Source: Cyanophora paradoxa CCMP329 (taxonomy: Eukaryota; Plantae; Glaucophyta). From it: 64,000 bases of DNA. The translations under genes were made by a program, and so were the position numbers. Where the stretch lies: contig QPMI01000470.1 of assembly GCA_004431415.1 (NCBI GenBank), positions 248,001 through 312,000 of the forward strand, written 5' to 3'. How positions within the stretch are numbered: position 1 is the first letter of the stretch; each line of letters begins with the position of its first letter. The notes beneath the pieces were generated by a model. That model made no database searches, was not told the origin of the DNA, and saw nothing but the letters and a program-made list of their open reading frames with translations. Positions 60,507 through 64,000 of this stretch are shown piece after piece.

Positions 60507-61280
60507 CTAGGACGAGTCGCCCGCGTCGTCTGCCTCGCCCGCGCGGCCTGCGCCGCCGCCCTCTTCCTCCGCGTCCACCTGAATCGGTGCGCCCGCGTTC
60601 GAGTGCTCCCTGGCGAGCCGTCGCATGACTGCCAGCTTGCGCTTCGCCCCGCCGCCGCCGTCCTTGACGCCCCGCTCAAAGGCGCGGGACGCGGCGATGC
60701 CGGGAAAGCCGTGGGCGATGGCGTAGGCCTTCCACGGGCCCTTGTTCTTCGTGTACGAGAACTTGCTCCCGCGGTTGTGCTCCCGCAGCCTGCGATCCGC
60801 CTGCGATCAGCGCGGCGCCGGGCGCGCCCCGCGTGCGGCTGCGGGCTGGGCTCGCGCGCGGCGCGGCGCGCGGGGCGCCGGCGGCGGCGCTCGGCACGCT
60901 CGGCGCGCTCGGCGCGCGGCTCGGGCGGGGGGCGCTCACCGGCGGGCCATGTCCGAGGTGCTGCCGACGTAGCACACGTTGTCCGGGTTCGTGATGAGGT
61001 AGACGACGGGGCGCTTCGGGTGGCGCAGGTGCAGCGGCTTGGCCTTGCCGTCCGCCGTCTTGCTGCCGGCGTCCGCCTTGGGCTTGGCTCCCGCCGCCCT
61101 GACCTTGCCGCCCCCGCCGCCCCCGCCCCCGCCCCCGCCGCCCGCCGCCTCGCCCGCCGCCGGCGGCCCGGGCTGACCGGCTCCGTCCGCAGCGTCGTCG
61201 GTAGAGGCGCTCTGCGAGGCCGGCTCGGCGGCCGTGGTGCCATCGCCGTGGATCGACTCGCTCGGGGGCTCCTTCTCCAT
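60507..61280 (-). CDS. SLX1-like GIY-YIG endonuclease (one intron 60790-60939; apparent 1-nt frameshift near 60670)
   Basis: The spliced sequence VVYLITNPDNVCYVGSTSDMARR|LREHNRGSKFSYTKNKGPWKAYAIAHGFPGIAASRAFE fits the SLX1/GIY-YIG pattern (YxL...YVGxT...RRLxxHN...T...PW...GF...A..FE). TAAATA at 61401-61406. Confidence 0.85.
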
Positions 61281-61806
61281 GGTCTCTTCGCCCCGCGCCG
61301 CCGGCGGGGGCCGCTCCGCTGCGAGCTCCACGGACCCGCCCATCCCCCCTCTTGAGATCCCGCGAGGTCCGCTTGCCCCCGCCCCGCCCCCGCGCGGTCT
61401 TATTTACGCGGACCCGCCCGGGCCCCCGCCGGCGCAGGGGTACCGCGTGCCCGCTGGCTCCCCTCTCTTCGTGCGCAGTACCCCCTCCTTCCCCGCTCGG
61501 CTTTCCCCCCCCCCTCTGATCCCGCCTCGCAGCGGGCGCGGCGCCGCGGGTCCCTCCCGGCGGGGCGGCCGCCGGGCCCGTGCCCCACGCAGGATCCCGG
61601 CGTGCTCGGCTCGGCGCGGGCGGCGTGCTGCGGGCGCGCTCGGTGCGTATTTTCGTTCATCTCGCTCGCTACCCGCCTGGCAGGGCCGCGCTCGTGACGG
61701 TGTGCGGCAGGGAGGCGGGGGCGGCGCGCCTCTCGCGCTTTGCGGGGGGCCCGCGGGGGCAGGACGATGGGTACCGGGCGGCTCGCGCCCGGCGGCGGCT
61801 TGGCGG

Positions 61807-64000
61807 TCACCTCTGGCGGCACGCGGGGCGCGGCGTCGGGGCGCGGGGTCGGCCGTCGGCGTCCATGGTTGGCGGGGCGGCGGGGCGGCGGCGTCGTCGG
61901 GAGGACGAGGGGCTCGGGCGCTCCGTATTATGCGTCCCGTGCCGCCGCCGCCGCCTCCGCCTCCTCCGCCTCCTCCGCCGCCTCCGGCGCTCACGCCCCG
62001 CGCCTGGGGTTCTTCGGGGGCGGCCGCGGCGGCGCCCCGTGTAGCTCCCGCGCCCGCCGGGGGCCGGCTCGGCCCGCGGGGGCTCCTGGGCGGCCGCGGC
62101 GAGGCGCCGCAGGACCTCCTCGGCCGTCGTCGTCACGTCGACCGCGCCGCCCGTCGCGCGGTACTCCACCTCCACGGCCGCCCTCGGGTACGAGTAGTCG
62201 TCCGGCCCGCCCTCGTTCGACGGCGTCCAGAGCGCGCCGAACCGCCGCAGGATGACAAAGCGGTTCTCCTGCTGCCCGGAGGCGAGGCCCACCGTCGCCG
62301 TCAGCCGCGCAAAGACCGTCGACGGTAGGAGGTCCCCGCGCCGCGTCGCCATCGCCGCCACGACCGTCCGCGCAGGCATCGGGCTCGGCGTGATCAGGCG
62401 GATGTGCCAGGGCGCCGGCGGCGGCGGCATCTCCCCCTCGCGCCCCTCGCGGCGCCCGCCCGGGGAGGAGCGACTCCCGCGCGGCCGGCCGCGCCCCCGC
62501 TTCGGCGCGGCGGCCACCTCCTCCGGCGCCGCCGCCTCCACCGCCTCTGCCGCCGGAGCGGCCGCCGGCGCGGGCACCGGCACCGCCGCGGGCGGCGGCT
62601 CCCTCGGCGTGAGCTGCAGCGCCCTGCGGAGCGCCTTCCGGGGGCGGGTCGCACGGCGGCCGCCGCCGCTGCCCTCTGCCTCCTCCACCTCCTCCCTGTC
62701 GCTCCGGCCGCGCGCCGCCGGCTTGCGCGGGGAGCAGCGGTGCCGCTCCTTGCCCCTCGTCGTCCCGAAGATGCGGCAGCACTCGGGGCACCAGCGCCCC
62801 TCGGCCCGGGCCAGCTCGCGCTCGACGCGCATGCCCTCTTTCGGCTCGTCCGAGCTCTCGTCCGAGCTCCCGCCGTCCTCGCCTTCGTCGGACCCGCCGC
62901 CGCCGCCGCCGCCGCCAGGGGCGCCGCCGCGCGCCTCGCCCGCGGCGTCCTGGTCCTCGCCTCCCGACTCGCTCCCTTTCTCGTCCTCCGTCCCCTCCTC
63001 CTCCTCCTCCTCCTCCTCCTCCTCATCGTCGGTCCCGGCGCGCTCCGCCCGCTTGGCTCCCTCCAGGGCCGCCCGCCCCGGCCCCTCCAGCGCCCGGATC
63101 GACGGTCCCTCGTGCTCGGCGGCGGCGCGCTCCAGCCACGCCAGCGCGGCGCACGCCTGCGCGGCGGCGCGTCGGAGGCGCGCGGGGCGGCAGCGCGCAG
63201 CGACGGGGGCGGGGCGGGGCGCGGGCGGCGCACCTCGCGCTGCGTCCTGTGGCAGTCGTAGTGCATCGTGGCGGTCTTCGGCGTGTGCTGGAGGAGCCGC
63301 GCCGTCCCCTCGATCACGCTGGTGGCGACGTCCCCCTCGATCCGCCCCTTGGCCGCCTGATCGCGCACCCAGGTCGTCACCACGGCGCGCATCGTCCTCG
63401 GCGGGACCGGCACGCCCGTCCAGCGGCAAAAGGCCTGCGCCCCCGCCGCCCCCACCGGTTCGCCTCGCGCCCTCCCCCGACCCCGCGCCGCCTCACCTCC
63501 TTGGCAAACGCCGTCCAGGAGCCGCGGCGAAAGGGCTCGCCGGCCGACGTGAAGAAGATGTACCCCTGGTCCTTGGCGCCCTCCCGGAGCAGGTGCCGGC
63601 GGTAGTTTTCCACGTACTCGGTCAGCGGTTCCTGACGCGCCGCGCGGCAGGTCTTTCTGCGGACGCGGGGCGGGGGGGCGGCGGGGGCGGGCGCGGGGCG
63701 CACCTGGAGCTGCTCGGCCACCGGCACGACCACGGCCCCGTGCCGCTTCTGCGGGCCCCATCGCCGGCGCGGGGGGGCGCGGGGGGTACCCCCTCTTCGC
63801 GCGCACCGCCGTCTTGTGGGTGAGGGCCCCCTCGCTCGGCCCGTCCTGGATCCGCATGCTCAGGATCGACATGTTCCACCGACCGTTGTCCTTGCGCAGG
63901 GTGTCGCCGATCTTCAGGTGCTGGAGGAGGCCCGGCCGCGCCGGGCTGATCGAGAGGAAGCCGAGGAGAAGGCAGTCCCGCAGGTGCTTTGCCTTTTGCC
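61807..64000 (-). CDS. Spliced tyrosine recombinase with a C-terminal C2HC zinc finger and two AT-hooks; 5' end lies outside the window
   Basis: Exons >64000-63807, 63748-63704, 63631-63497, 63434-63234 and 63156- give RDCLLLGFLSISPARPGLLQHLKIG (Arg), HKTA|KRHG (Lys), YIFFTSAGEP, PPRTMRAVVTTW (HxxR position), ARLLQHTPKTATMHYD (His, Tyr), then CPECCRIFGTTRGKERHRC, PKRGRGRPR and RRRGRPR. The exact C-terminus is uncertain. Confidence 0.87.

Noticed and set aside
50280-60680. Programmed frameshifting at ~50290, ~57560, ~58190 and ~60670
   Set aside because: No slippery heptamers are evident. Single-base indels in GC-rich DNA are more simply sequencing errors or decay, and raw reads are needed.

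Overview
GC-rich eukaryotic DNA, probably from an alga or other protist: it has short, mostly 55-110 nt spliceosomal introns, mainly GT-AG. I cannot identify the organism. The window looks like a mosaic of mobile or virus-like DNA rather than ordinary housekeeping chromosome. (1) Left arm, 1-9 kb: a multi-exon unknown gene, a 7-exon histone H3 variant with a CenH3-like fold and a K9R tail, and a dispersed GGAAT-rich palindromic repeat. (2) 9.8-30.3 kb: a long, lower-GC, intron-rich plus-strand region encoding LRR, AAA+ ATPase, OTU, OTU and Ulp1 domains, as one giant gene or a few genes. (3) 31-34.5 kb: a Cys-rich/helical orphan gene with a divergent, inverted paralog at 57.1-59.4 kb. (4) A 25.8-kb segment bounded by an identical 26-bp near-perfect palindrome (34544 and 60352). 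It holds a ~134-bp satellite (~21 units), an intronless AEP-primase/SF3(D5)-helicase, an intronless TFIIB homolog, F-box genes and small orphan genes behind a shared TATA/Inr promoter cassette. (5) Right end: an SLX1-like GIY-YIG nuclease and a spliced tyrosine recombinase with a zinc finger and AT-hooks, running off the window. I recognised no capsid, packaging ATPase or DNA polymerase. Working hypothesis (inference): a large tyrosine-recombinase-mobilised, virus-derived or plasmid-like element with its own replication, transcription and possibly segregation/chromatin functions. All gene models were spliced by eye, and a few single-base frameshifts may be sequencing errors.
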